The notes beneath the pieces are model-generated. The model saw only the letters and a list, made by a program, of their open reading frames with translations. It ran no database searches and was not told the DNA's origin. The translations under genes and the position numbers were made by a program. DNA of 64,000 nt from Octopus vulgaris (lineage: Eukaryota). The stretch spans positions 69,874,001-69,938,000 of the forward strand of contig OX597819.1 of assembly GCA_951406725.2 (NCBI GenBank). Direction: 5' to 3'. Shown piece after piece: positions 40,653 to 52,565 of this stretch (position 1 is its first letter; each line of letters opens with the position of its first letter).

Positions 40653-41929
40653 ATAGTCTGCAATGGGTAAATTGTCGCCATTTTATATTTTTAATTTCGC
40701 ACATGCGTGTTGTTTATTTTTTATTGTAATGACTACACAGTGTCGTAGAATCAGTAAGACACCGTCTCTGAGAAAAACAGCACCATGAAGCAATTTACTT
40801 TGCCAAGAATTTGGAAACAACATGCTGTACTGCTTAGCATTCCCGCCGGAATCTCCAGTACGAACATTTCAGATTGTTTGAGTATTAATCTGAGGACAGT
40901 GCAGATGATTCGGAAAGAGTTGGATGAGTCTAATGGTGATTACGAAGGTACGGCAGCTCAGAAAACTCACTCTGATCATTCTGACCAGAAAAGAACTCCT
41001 GAATTTGTTGGTGAGATCAAGGCCATGATTGACAACAATCCCTCCAAGTCAGTCAGGTCCATCGCCAGGGACATGTGAGTGTCTGAGTTTCTTATCAGGC
41101 AGGTAGTGCATCAATACATTCAGTATTCCTCATACAAGATGAGAAAGGGCCAATTTTTATCCCAAACCATCAAGGACAAGAGGAAAGACCGCGCTACGAA
41201 GCTTTTGCACAAACTCAAGCATTCCCTCCAACCGAACAAGCTTTGGTTTTTCTCAGATGAGAAAAAGTTCTGCCAGGACCAGATGGTGAACACACAGAAC
41301 AACCATTGGCTTGCCATGTCCCCAAAATACGATTAAAATATGATCAAAATCAAACAACCAGTCAACATCATGATGTTTGGAGTGATCACTAGTGATGGCG
41401 AGGTTATGCCTCCATTCATCTTCCTACACGGCCTCAGACTCAACACAGATATCTACATCCAGTGCCTGAAGGAAGCAGTGCTGCCCTGGGTCAACAGGGT
41501 GGCTACTGACAAGAGGACTCTACACCATGTCACACAAGCAAGAGAATCCAGTCATGGCTGTCAGACAATTTCTGAGACCACATCACCCCTAACTTCGGGC
41601 CACCTAACTCCCCAGGCTGCAACTTCCTTGATTATTATGTGTGGGACTCAGTTGAGCGAGAGACCAACAAAACTCCTTGTTACACCAAAGATGAACTGAA
41701 GACAACGACTGTGGCAGCAGTCACCAACTTAAACAGAAGAGTTGCAGAAGATTCCGATGTCGTTTGGAGGCCATGGTTGAAGCCAATGGCGATTTTATTG
41801 AATAAATTTACTCATTTGTATTTCAAGATATTTTTTATATAATTTTGGTAAATATATCTGTTAAAATTAGATGTCAGAGTTATTTTCATTTTTGCGTCAT
41901 TTAGACGAGAATTTATTCACCGCACCCTG
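40653..41929 (+). mobile_element. Decayed Tc1/mariner transposon, maT/DD37D-like
   Basis: Imperfect TIRs (gcaatgggtaaattgtcgcc / gacgagaatttattcaccgcaccctg); SVRSIARDM, WFFSDEKKF, MMFGVITSDG, PPNSPGCNFLDYYVW; several frameshifts. Confidence 0.85.
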
Positions 41930-41943
41930 TGTGTGTGTGTATG

Positions 41944-41995
<52 letters not shown>

Positions 41996-42247
41996 TTTTT
42001 TGAGAGAGAGATTGTTTCTTAACGTTTTCAGCACTATATGCAATAACACGTGCTTGAAAACGTTCAGAACTGAAAGCGCTTGCACATCTATAAAAGCAAA
42101 ATCCACACATATTATGTGAAATCTCTTCCCAAAGGTTAGTGTCTTTTGACTTTCTAAAAAGGTCCTTTTCTCAATCTTAACTCTTTGAGAAAATATCTTC
42201 TCTCCAAATATTATAACTGTATCAAGGAACTTCCAAAACATTCCATA

Positions 42248-42279
<32 letters not shown>

Positions 42280-42349
42280 TGTGTGTGTGTGTGTGTGTGT
42301 GCGTGCGTGTGTGTGTATGTATGTATGTATATATGCATATATATAAAAA

Positions 42350-43465
42350 TACAAAATGGGACAAGAACGCAAAACATCCAAACAGTTAGGTGATACAAAA
42401 AGGGGACAAGAAAACATCCAGATTGACGATACTAAGTAAACAAAGACGGGTCATTCGGAGTTTTCTTTCCTCAGTCGAGTTCCAGATTATCTTTGCAATT
42501 TCGGCTGGTTATACTCGAGATTGCTCCAATCTGGCCAGCCCCAAGGAAAAACTAAGCTAAGACCATTAGATTCCTTGGAAGAATGCAGCGAATGTATAGG
42601 AAAACAAAGACGGAAAAATACGGAGAATGTTACACAAATACAAATAACAGGACATAACAACAGGTGTCTTTCGACTAAGGTCGAATTAAATTAAGCCGGC
42701 GTGTGTGGAAATAAAGCCTTACAGCAGGGATACAAGATTGCGCAGGCACAGGCAGGAATATAGATGTTGCATGGACGACGGCCAAACCAAGAAAGAAAGA
42801 TCAGGCTTGGCTGAACACCGGGCACGTGGGGAGAGAAGAGAGAGGGGTAGATGCATAGGGACAGAAGAATTAAGAAGGGGCGACGAAAAATGAGAGGGAC
42901 ACGGTGAAGCGAAAAGAGGATGGAAAGTTAGTAAGAAGAGAATGTAGGGAAATGTGAGAGAGGGGGCACGAAAGAACAAAGAGTGGAGTGAACGAATAAG
43001 CGTGAAAAGGCTGATAGAAAGAAAAAATAGAGTCGTGCAAGATTTAAATAAATATATAATTACATATAAGAGACCAAAGTGTACGTACGCCACTAAGGTG
43101 AGCAATAGTGTACGTACGCCGCTGTATGTATATATAAATAAAAAATGGAACAACAATGCAACAGACGACAATAAAACATCTGGTCAGACAGACAGACAGG
43201 AATAACAACAAAAACGGCAAGGAAACAACTAAAGACGGACAGAAAAAACAAGGACAGGTCATTCGTAGCCTTCTCTCATCAGCCAAGTTTCCAGACCATC
43301 CTTACAGTTCTGGCTGGTTACATTTAAGCTAAAGACATTAAATTTTGGGGGAGAAAGCAAGTAAATGCGTACGACAACAAAAACAAAAGAACAGAGAAAA
43401 TATTACATAATTACAAATACAAACAACAAGAAAATAACAGGTGTCTTTCGCCCAATAAAGACGAA
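42350..43465 (-). mobile_element. Non-coding repeat element with diverged direct repeats (about 42400-42680 and 43200-43460)
   Basis: ggtcattcg..tc(c/a)tcag..ccaga..ggctggtta and aacaggtgtctttcg occur in both copies. Confidence 0.5.
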
Positions 43466-43549
43466 TCAAGTCTTTTTATATGTATGTGCCATAGTTTCCT
43501 TGCAGAATACCAAAAGCGCAAATTCCGCTGGATTGAACATGTCGCAATG

Positions 43550-43715
43550 TCACCAGACATTAGGTGGACATGTGCAGCTGCGACGATGGAAAGATGATTT
43601 AATTAAACAATTTGGGCAAGTTGGAAAGGAATGACGCGATCAAGAAAGAATTGGAAGCACACTGTGACCAGCGGCGTATAACAACATCCGATAGTCTGGT
43701 CGATATAGTGAAATA
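43550..43715 (+). mobile_element. RTE-type LINE extreme 3' end
   Basis: RRWKDDLIKQFG..WKGMTRSRKNWKHTVTSGV* followed by tail acaacatccgatagtctggtcg. Confidence 0.6.
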
Positions 43716-43789
43716 GGTGCGTGTATGTGTGTATATGTATATATATATATATGTGTGTGTGTATATATATGTACGTAACGTATGTATGT

Positions 43790-44022
43790 GTTTTGGGGGT
43801 GGGTCTGCCTCCCTAACTCCCACGACATTACTTGGAAGCTTGTCTCCGTTTATTTAGGGAATCGCAGCAAAGCGGTTTCGGTAAAAGAGGCCCGATAGAA
43901 GACATACTAGTCCTTCAAAAACAAATATTAGAAACTGAAGTCAATTAGTTCGACTAAAACCCTTCAAAGTGGTGTTCCAGCATGGCCGCAGTCCAATGAC
44001 TGGAACAAGTAAAAGATAAAAA
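43790..44022 (+). mobile_element. SINE family A, 3' module
   Basis: gcggtttcggtaaaagaggcccgataga...ggtgttccagcatggccgcagtccaatgactggaacaagtaaaagataa. Confidence 0.8.
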
Positions 44023-44497
44023 ATATATATATACTTATATGCGAATATGTGTACATGTATTGTGTGTCCACGATGTGGGTTTTCACGTGTTCTGAGTTCG
44101 TTTCTCGCTCATATTTATTCAATACATCATAATGTCATTTTTTTTTTTACCTTTAGCAAATATTTCTTATTCACTAGCAGACTGTCACAAATAATTTCAA
44201 ATGTCTGAAACAAACTTACGCAAGAAATATGTATATTTTTTTTTTATTTCAAATTTGTAATTAACAATTTTTCCAAAACAAAAAGTTTTTTTAATAAATT
44301 TTTTAATATTCTCGGAAAGCATTTTTTTCTGTCATATTTCGTTTTAATTCTACATTTACATTCATAAATGTGCAGACAGGAAATATACAATTATCCTTGC
44401 ATATGTTGACTCACATGTACACACATACACACACATTTACATACATACATGCATACATTCATACATAAAATCTTAGAAAATGGTTCCATGTATGACA

Positions 44498-44533
<36 letters not shown>

Positions 44534-45779
44534 CAGGATGTACCCAAAACATGTATATACACTTTAACAGATAACTCACTTAATTGCCATTTCCTTTTCG
44601 ATTTAATAAATGAGTCATTATAAAGGGAGCCTGGCTAACATTTGAAAGAAGGATATTTATTGCAAAATTCTACCAGAAGTTTTAAAATGCAGTATAAATG
44701 CAAAGATAGTGTAGGATGGAGTGTCAAACAGACCCACCTACATGAGCTATCGTCACTTGAATTAGAACTGAATTTAAAGCAGATGAAACTGTTCATAACG
44801 ACCTACAAGAAACGCTCCAGATAACCGTGGACCTCGATGAGTCCCACAAAGCAACAAAGAGCACTAGAAATGTATTGCCAGGGCTCAAGTAAATCTATGG
44901 CACAAGAGAGTAGTGGAATAGGAATTTTAAAATCAAGCGTACATTGTATTTTGAAGGACTGTGATTAGGAGAGTTACATTCTAAGAACAGTCTATGCTTT
45001 CAATGAGGATGTTCCAGACGGAAGAGTGGAATTCTGCGAGGAATACTTGGCAATGTCTATAGAAGATGCATACATTCCAACAAAGGTTGTTTGGAATAAT
45101 GAGGCTACATTTAAATTAAATGACCCTATTAAATACAACAATGGAACCTACTGGAGACCCGAGAACCGCATATTACAGAGCAAATGATATTAATTTACTA
45201 GGATTCGCATTTGGGGCGGTTTATTACCAAAAAGGATTAATTGGACCGTTTATTTTTGGCGGTACTGTGACTGGTTTTATTAACTTGAACGATGCGATAA
45301 TCTGTCATGCAAAGCTTTCGACAAGACTTTGAAGATGTGGAGTTTTATTTCCAGCAAGATGGATCTCTCCTACACTACTGTGGCATTGTAAGGTCCTAGC
45401 TTGATGAGATTTTTGCCAAGCAGGTTTATTGGATGAAGAAGTAAAACAGAACACCCTCCACCTTCACCACTACACACTATAAGGTTTTTTTAAGGGAATA
45501 CTTAAAAGATATAACGTTCAGTAGAAAATGATAACATTCAACGAATTGAGGGCAGCCGTTCAACGAGCATGTGCACAAAAACCGTACTAATGATATTTGC
45601 GATTCCATTGCTTCGTGTTTTCGGCAGTGTCTCGAGCAGAACAGTCATCAGTTTGAAGACAGGCGTTCATCAAAAATTATATTCTGTGTGGATTCAATCA
45701 CATTTGAAACCGCAATGAAGTTTCCTTAAACCTGACTTTGTAGTCATTGAATGTGTTTCTATATTTTTAAGACACTCTG
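44534..45779 (+). mobile_element. Heavily decayed Tc1/mariner transposon, rosa/DD41D-like
   Basis: TIRs caggatgtacccaaaacatgta / ttctatatttttaagacactctg with TA TSDs; VVWNNEATFKLN, LIGPFIFGGTVTG, FYFQQDG. Confidence 0.75.
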
Positions 45780-45860
45780 TATATACATAAATGTATTTGT
45801 CAGTATGGGTTTTTTTGTGGGTATATGTGCGTATGTGTGTGTGAATACTCATATATATTC

Positions 45861-45943
<83 letters not shown>

Positions 45944-46033
45944 GTGAGTGAGTGAGAATATTGTATTATGTCTCATATGAGTGTGTACATATTATTCTTG
46001 TGTATAGATATACAGACAGACAGACAGACAGAC

Positions 46034-46114
<81 letters not shown>

Positions 46115-46769
46115 TTACATTATATTACATTTTCCTTTGCGCGTGCACTTGTGTATGTATACGTGCATTTGTGTATGTATATGTGTATGTATCTGTATGT
46201 GCGTGTATTTTTTTTTTCTTTTTTGTGTGTGTTCTTTTACTCTGTATGTCAATGTACACACTCTAGCGACGATTGATGTGTGGCTTTATTAAAAAGGAAG
46301 GAAATAATTTTTTTTTTCTCTGTCGGTTTCAGAAAACGACCTATTCTTGTTGGTCGAAAGAAATGGTCTGATTTATTGAATTACAGCTTCCTTATTTATT
46401 TAGGGATAAGAAAATTCTTTATAGGAGAAATCATTCTGGCTTTATTACTAGTCTAGTCGCGAAATATTATTTGGAGAGCTGAAAGAAGAGAAAGAAAACA
46501 GTGTTCCACTGGGATCTCATACTGACATTGTTGAAATATCGTTAGGTTATATAAGTATTTCGCATGTGCGGGCGTAAAGAGATTAATTCTGATGTTTTAG
46601 TTTCATCTTTCAGGTTATCAGTCTTGGAAATATGAAACCTTTTCTCTTATATACACTACAGCGCGTATTTAAGTGTGTACAAGCGGTTGATATATGTAAG
46701 ATTCACTATTCAATGATATTGGATATATAAAAACATTTCTCAAAAATGTTTTTAGTCATTCTTACGTCA

Positions 46770-47367
46770 CGTTGCCTGAACGAGCGGAGATTGTGTCTCG
46801 TTGATTTTTGTTGTTGTCACTTAAGCATGCGGAATCCATGCTCCATTCTTCTGTACCTTTCCCATCGAGTGAAGATGCTTCTCTATAGCAGTGTGAGAGC
46901 ATTCCATTTTCGCTGCCAGTTCCCTTGTAGTTTGACGAGAATTTTCGTGCAAAAGTTGGTTTAATCGCTCTTCATCGAACTCACCTGGGCGGCCAGAACG
47001 AGGTGCGTCTTTGAGGTCAAAATATCCATTTTTGAACTTGGCATACCAATCATGAGCAAGTCTTTCAGCTATGGCACCCTCTCCATACACAGCACAAATG
47101 TCGCGAGCAGCATTTGCGGCCTTAGAACCTTGATTAAAAGCGAAAAGAAGGAGGTGTCGAAAATGCTCGTTTTTCTTAACTTGACATTCCATTTTAATGA
47201 TATGAAAATAAACAAAAATTCACTAAAATTAACTAGAAAAAAAAACCCAAAAGATTCCAAAATGATTCAAAAATAGAATTCACGAAAAGAAAAAAGATTC
47301 CAAAATTTAAAAACTCAATAAATTCCAAAATTAAAAAAAAGCGGCGGCAGCTTAGTTGCCAACCTAA
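46770..47367 (-). mobile_element. 5' half of a mariner element (HTH DNA-binding domain, ORF 46821-47192)
   Basis: EHFRHLLLFAFNQGSKAANAARDICAVYG...WYAKFKNG.FDLKDAPRSGRP...TTRELA...GAWIPHA; TIR ttaggttggcaactaa plus TA; catalytic domain missing. Confidence 0.9.
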
Positions 47368-47375
47368 TATATATG

Positions 47376-47407
<32 letters not shown>

Positions 47408-47489
47408 TGTATGTATGTATGTATGTATGTATGTATGTATGTATGTATGTATGTATGTATGTATATAGCGCTTGTGCATATGCACACCT

Positions 47490-48090
47490 ATTGCTTCGAA
47501 CTAACAGCATAACACGAGGCAATCCAACGCCACTACACAAAGACACAAAGACACTATACAGCCTTGGTACAAAAGACGGAACACTAAGTGAAGTCAAAAG
47601 AGTCGACGCTACGCTTTCTATATAGAAAACACATAAGATTCTCAGATGGTATATATTTTGCAGATCCTGGAAAGTATAGCATCTAACTTGGGAATTGAAA
47701 GTTATACCAATCACTAGGCTGGACGCCACGGCATAGTACCAAAATCCTGCCATCTCCTTCCAGAGTAAGAACACAATACAGTTACAGATTATGGTTCAAA
47801 GGCCCACAACTCTTGAATACATTTCCAAAAGGCCTCAGAGATATACGCGGAGAAAAATGAGAATGTGTTCAAAGGGCAATTATACAAATTTCATCTAATA
47901 TTCCAGATGAACCCAAATCACAACGGGAAACGCCAAGAAGGGCAGCTTTGTCCAACTCACTACTTCACCAGGACCAGTTCCGGAGACAGGACCGAGTAGT
48001 GAGTCTAGAATAAACAACTATTAGTATTAATGGTGTTGCCCCAGTATAGCCACAGTCAGTGGCTGAAACAGATGGCAGAATAATAAAACG
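47490..48090 (+). mobile_element. Old CR1-group LINE 3' fragment
   Basis: Homologous to 11230-11780 (GIESYTN, GPQL, IPDEP, RAALSNSLLHQ); tail gccccagtatagccacagtcagtggctgaaac. Confidence 0.75.
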
Positions 48091-48320
48091 CATGCATAAT
48101 GTGTGCATATATATGTGTATGTATCTATTTACGTGTGTATGTGTGCGTGTGTGTGTTTGTATGTGTGTATAGCCGAATAGTTACGTATGCACGTAGTAAA
48201 ATATGGAAGCAAATGAACATATGATATAAATCTATATATACGCACACAAGCACACACCGCAAAACAGATACCAACATTGAAATATGTGTATATGCGTATG
48301 TATTAGTATATTCATGCATG

Positions 48321-48402
<82 letters not shown>

Positions 48403-48586
48403 TTATACAGAAATATACAAGCCCATATACACGTACAAACACGCGCACACATACACACTCACACACACACACGCTTGCACACACAAAGATACACACAAAT
48501 ACACATAGACATATATGTGTGTGTGCGTGTGTGCATGTATGCATGTATATGTAAGATATATATATGTGTATATATATATATATATG

Positions 48587-49783
48587 CTAGACTACCCGTG
48601 ACCTGTTGGGTCACTGACAGTTCAGGTTATAAAACATTGAAGCTGATTTCAACATTGCATTGAAATGAAAGTTAATTTTATGATGATTCAGTTAAATATT
48701 TCAGTTCATGTCATCACAGGTCTGGTTTACAAGTTCATGTTTAAAGGTTTTATTGATTATTTACAGCATCTAATAGAAATATAACTTCCGGGATAAACTT
48801 GAACTCCTGTAACTCCATTTATTTATGGCATATATGCTCATTTCTATAAAAATGTAAACGGAATTGTTATATAACGTAAACATAAAATTAATGGAAGCAA
48901 TTTTCCCACTTCTGAGTTATGTTACTTTCAGAGTATTTTTCCCATTATGCACCGATTTGGCTGTTTATGAAGGTACTTCTAAAAACCACCCTATCTCGGG
49001 AATCTGTGGTCCGATTTACGCGTAACTCGTTTTATTCTGTTTGTATTCACATTTCAGGTGTACCCCATTAGGCGCCGGTCTGGCTGTATTAAATTACAGA
49101 AAAATATGCACGCAAGCTAGCACACAAACGAAATTGGCAAAACTACATTTGTTAGCCCTCCACACAAACACACACACGCACATGCCGACTTTGTTGCCTC
49201 ATAACTTCCAGAAAAATGGACACTTTCTAACGAAATTTTCAACAAATACCATAGATGATGTGGATTGAATGTATATAGGAATTTATGGGACAGAATGTTT
49301 TCGAGGATGTAGAGAGAGGAGTTTCGGAAAATTCACACGATCTGACATTTTCCCTCATTTAATGAAGTTTTGTGTAAATACCTTTCAAACGTCATAGATT
49401 ACGATTATAAAGAAATTTGTGGAGGAAATTTTTTCCGATGGGGTAGGGAGAGGAGTTTCGAAAAACGGAGTTTCGGATCATGAAGACCAAATAAGTTGGA
49501 ACTACTCCGTTTTGTGAGGGATTGCGCCCTTGTCTTTTTTTAAACCACAGCCATGGAAATGATTTAGGCGGGGAACATTTTTTATGTTTCATATTATAAT
49601 GAAATCAATGGTGACTGCTACGACCACACTCTACACACGTTCTTTCCAAGCACTGCTGTAAACAGCGGAAGGGAGCTAAAACGTTAAAATTTATTGCGCA
49701 GGCACAGCTTAGTTTAAGGTCAATCTTTGCCTAGCGGCTTCACTCTGCGTGCTTTAGCTTCGTTACTATTGCAACGGTCCGAC

Positions 49784-49785
<2 letters not shown>
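48587..49785. mobile_element. Helitron-like non-autonomous element(s)
   Basis: CTAG at 48587-48590 followed by hairpin gtgacc tgttg ggtcac; non-coding interior; bounded by (TA)n. Confidence 0.45.
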
Positions 49786-49854
<69 letters not shown>

Positions 49855-49856
<2 letters not shown>

Positions 49857-50132
49857 CATCACGTGGCCGACCAGTCCATCAGATGTAGTTACACATCGCT
49901 GGTCACAATGCTTTCGCATTGTTTTAGCCTTCGAATGACGCCACCCCGCTGGCTAAGCGAGCAGGCCAACAGAAGAAAGAGTGGGAGAAAGATTGATGAA
50001 AAAGTACAGCAGGGATCTGGAGCTTTTAGGTGTTTTCGCTTAATAAACACTCACAACACCCGGTCTGGGAATCGAAACCGCGATCCTACGACCGCGAGTC
50101 CGCTGCCCTAACCACTAGGCCATTGCGCCTCC
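49855..50132 (-). mobile_element. SINE family C, tail type 2 (RTE-like tail)
   Basis: Minus strand ggaggcgcaatggcctagtggttagggcagcggactcgcggtcgtaggatcgcggtttcgattccc head; tail cattgtgaccagcgatgtgtaactacatctgatggactggtcg. Confidence 0.85.
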
Positions 50133-50225
<93 letters not shown>

Positions 50226-50230
<5 letters not shown>

Positions 50231-52215
50231 TCATGGAGGAGTTGCTATGTACATCCGTGAGGACCTCACACCCCAATTCCTTTTGTCATACTCAAACTCG
50301 GTGTGTGACACACTAATTGTACATATAAGGCAACTTGATGTAGTTGTGTGTGCTACATATCGCCCTCCAGATGCCCCAAGCCATGTAGGCAAGTTTGAAG
50401 ACTGCCTTATAAAAATAGAAGAAGTTCTAATCACATTAGAACAACACATAGGTGTACTTCTTATGGGAGACTTCAATCTACTCGATGTCAGATGGCCCGA
50501 GGGCCTTTCTCTCCCAGGAATGACAAGATGTGAACGAGGACAGGCGAGGTCCCTCCTGAACCTCATCAACACCCTGTACATGGAGCAAGTAATACTCCAA
50601 CCAACCAGGGCAGGTAACACACTGGATCTCTGCTTCGCAAATAATATGGATCTCATCCATAATGTGAAAGTGACACCGACACTACTCTCGGATCACAACA
50701 TGGTAGAGCTGACCATGTACGGGCCAAAGGAAAGCATGGACATGCAGCCTACAAGAAACCCTCAGAATCTTTCCAGTTTGAACTTCCATAAGGCAAACTG
50801 GAAACAAATTGAGAAAGAGATCCTCTAACAAAACTGGCCTGAATGTCTCTCCTCGCCAGACATCGACGTGAAACTTCAACAATTCATGTCTGTAATGCAA
50901 GCCATATGCTACAAATGTGTCCCAGAGAGAAAGGCCACTGTACACAAGAACAAAATCCCCAGAGAGAGGAAAATTTTAATGAGACGACGTACAAAAATTT
51001 CAAATCGCCTAAACAAACAAATTGAAAGCAGTGAAAAGTCCCGCCTGAAAATAAAACTGTTGGAAATTGAAAAATGTCTGCAACTCTCCCATGAAAAGGA
51101 AAGAGCAGACAAAGAAGCCTGGCTATAGACAACATAAAATCTAACCTCGGAGCTTTCTACAGGTATGCCAAAGAAACAGCTACGGTGCACTGTAGGATAG
51201 GGCCACTCCTTGAAAAGGATGGCACACTCACAGGAAAACCAATGAGGGTAAGTGAAATACTGAATGAGCAATTCAAGAGTGTTTTCACTCCACCCCTTGG
51301 GCATTTCTAAATCACCAATCCAACTGACTTCTTTACCACTGCAGATATAAAATCAGAGGCGGCGACGATAGATTACATCGATATAAAGGAAGACGATGTA
51401 ATAAAGGCTATAGATGAAATGAAAACAGGCTCAGCTACTGGCCCCGATGGATTCCCGGCAATCCTCCTAAAAGTATGTAAGAGAGTCCTAGAAAGACCAC
51501 TGCAGTTCCTCTTTCAGAGCTTCCTTGCAGCTGGCAAACTTCCAAGAAAACTGAAGGAAGGTAAAATATGCCCCCTATTCATAAAGGAGGTAGCAGAGCG
51601 GAGGCCAAGAACTACAGACCTATCTCTCTGACCTCACACATCAACAAGGTCATGGAACGAATAGTCAGAAGGAAACTGATCACCTTCCTTGAAGAAAATG
51701 ACTTGCTGCCTGACACCCAACATGGTTTCCGACCAGGAAGAAGCTGCTTAACTCAGCTCCTACAACACTATGACTGGGTGTTGAAACGACCGCTCAACCA
51801 CTCAAATGTGGAAGTGATATATCTCGACTTTCAAAGGCCTTTGATAAAGTCGATCATGGAATGATATGTCACAAACTGCGTGATCTTAGCATAGTTGGAA
51901 AACTGGGAGAATGGCTTCATGACTTTCTGAAAGATAGAAGTCAAGTGGTAGTAGCCAATGGGGCCACTTCCATTAACACGCAAATAGTGAGCGGTGTTCC
52001 GCAGGGCACTGTTTTGGGACCACTACTGTTCATAATGGCCCTCTCAGACATGCCCTCAGCCACGCAGAGAGCCACGATCTCTACGATGAGAGTAGCTGTA
52101 TCAAACTCCATTCTTCACCAATGCCACATAATAGACGAGGTTCCTCGCAATAACAGTGTAGCACAAAACGGCGGTGCATCAGCATGGCCGCAGCTCTGAG
52201 CTGAAACTAGAAAAA
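50226..52215 (+). mobile_element. CR1-group LINE ORF2 (APE endonuclease plus partial RT) with stops, frameshifts and a chimeric 3' end
   Basis: HGGVAMYI, YRPP, MGDFN, TLDLCF, SDHNMV (APE); SATGPDGFP, NYRPISLTS, QHGFRPGRSCLTQ, SGVPQGTVLGPLLF (RT); jumps to a 3' tail at about 52080. Confidence 0.93.
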
Positions 52216-52281
52216 TATATATATATATATATATTTGTAAAAAATGAAGTTTGAAAATGCTGCTATATTAGACAAATTTTA

Positions 52282-52325
52282 ATTTAACATGTCTCGGTTC
52301 TTGAAATGACGAACCTTATCAAAAA
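52282..52325 (-). ncRNA. Decayed hammerhead at the PLE 3' terminus
   Basis: Minus strand tTGATaA GGTTC gtcatttcaa GAACC GAgAC ATGT TA; stem II intact, core mutated. Confidence 0.4.
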
Positions 52326-52330
52326 AAACT

Positions 52331-52565
52331 ATATATAATAAAGAGAGTCCATGCTATATGTTTAAAGAGTATGATGTAATAGTTCATAATTGTGACATAT
52401 ATTCAATAGAGTCAAATATAAAAAATTCATATATAATATTCAATAGAGTCAAATATAAAAAATTGATATATAATAAAGAGAGTCCATGCTATATGTTTAA
52501 AGAGTATGATGTAGTAGTTCATAATTGTGACATACATTCAATAGAATCAAATATAAAAAATTCAT
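52331..52565. repeat. Tandem duplication, period 135 bp
   Basis: atatataataaagagagtccatgc...aaatataaaaaattcat at 52331 and 52466. Confidence 0.9.

Noticed and set aside
50060-50132. tRNA-like sequence (also 10024-10085 and 62680-62748)
   Set aside because: These are SINE heads followed by SINE bodies; no complete cloverleaf with acceptor stem
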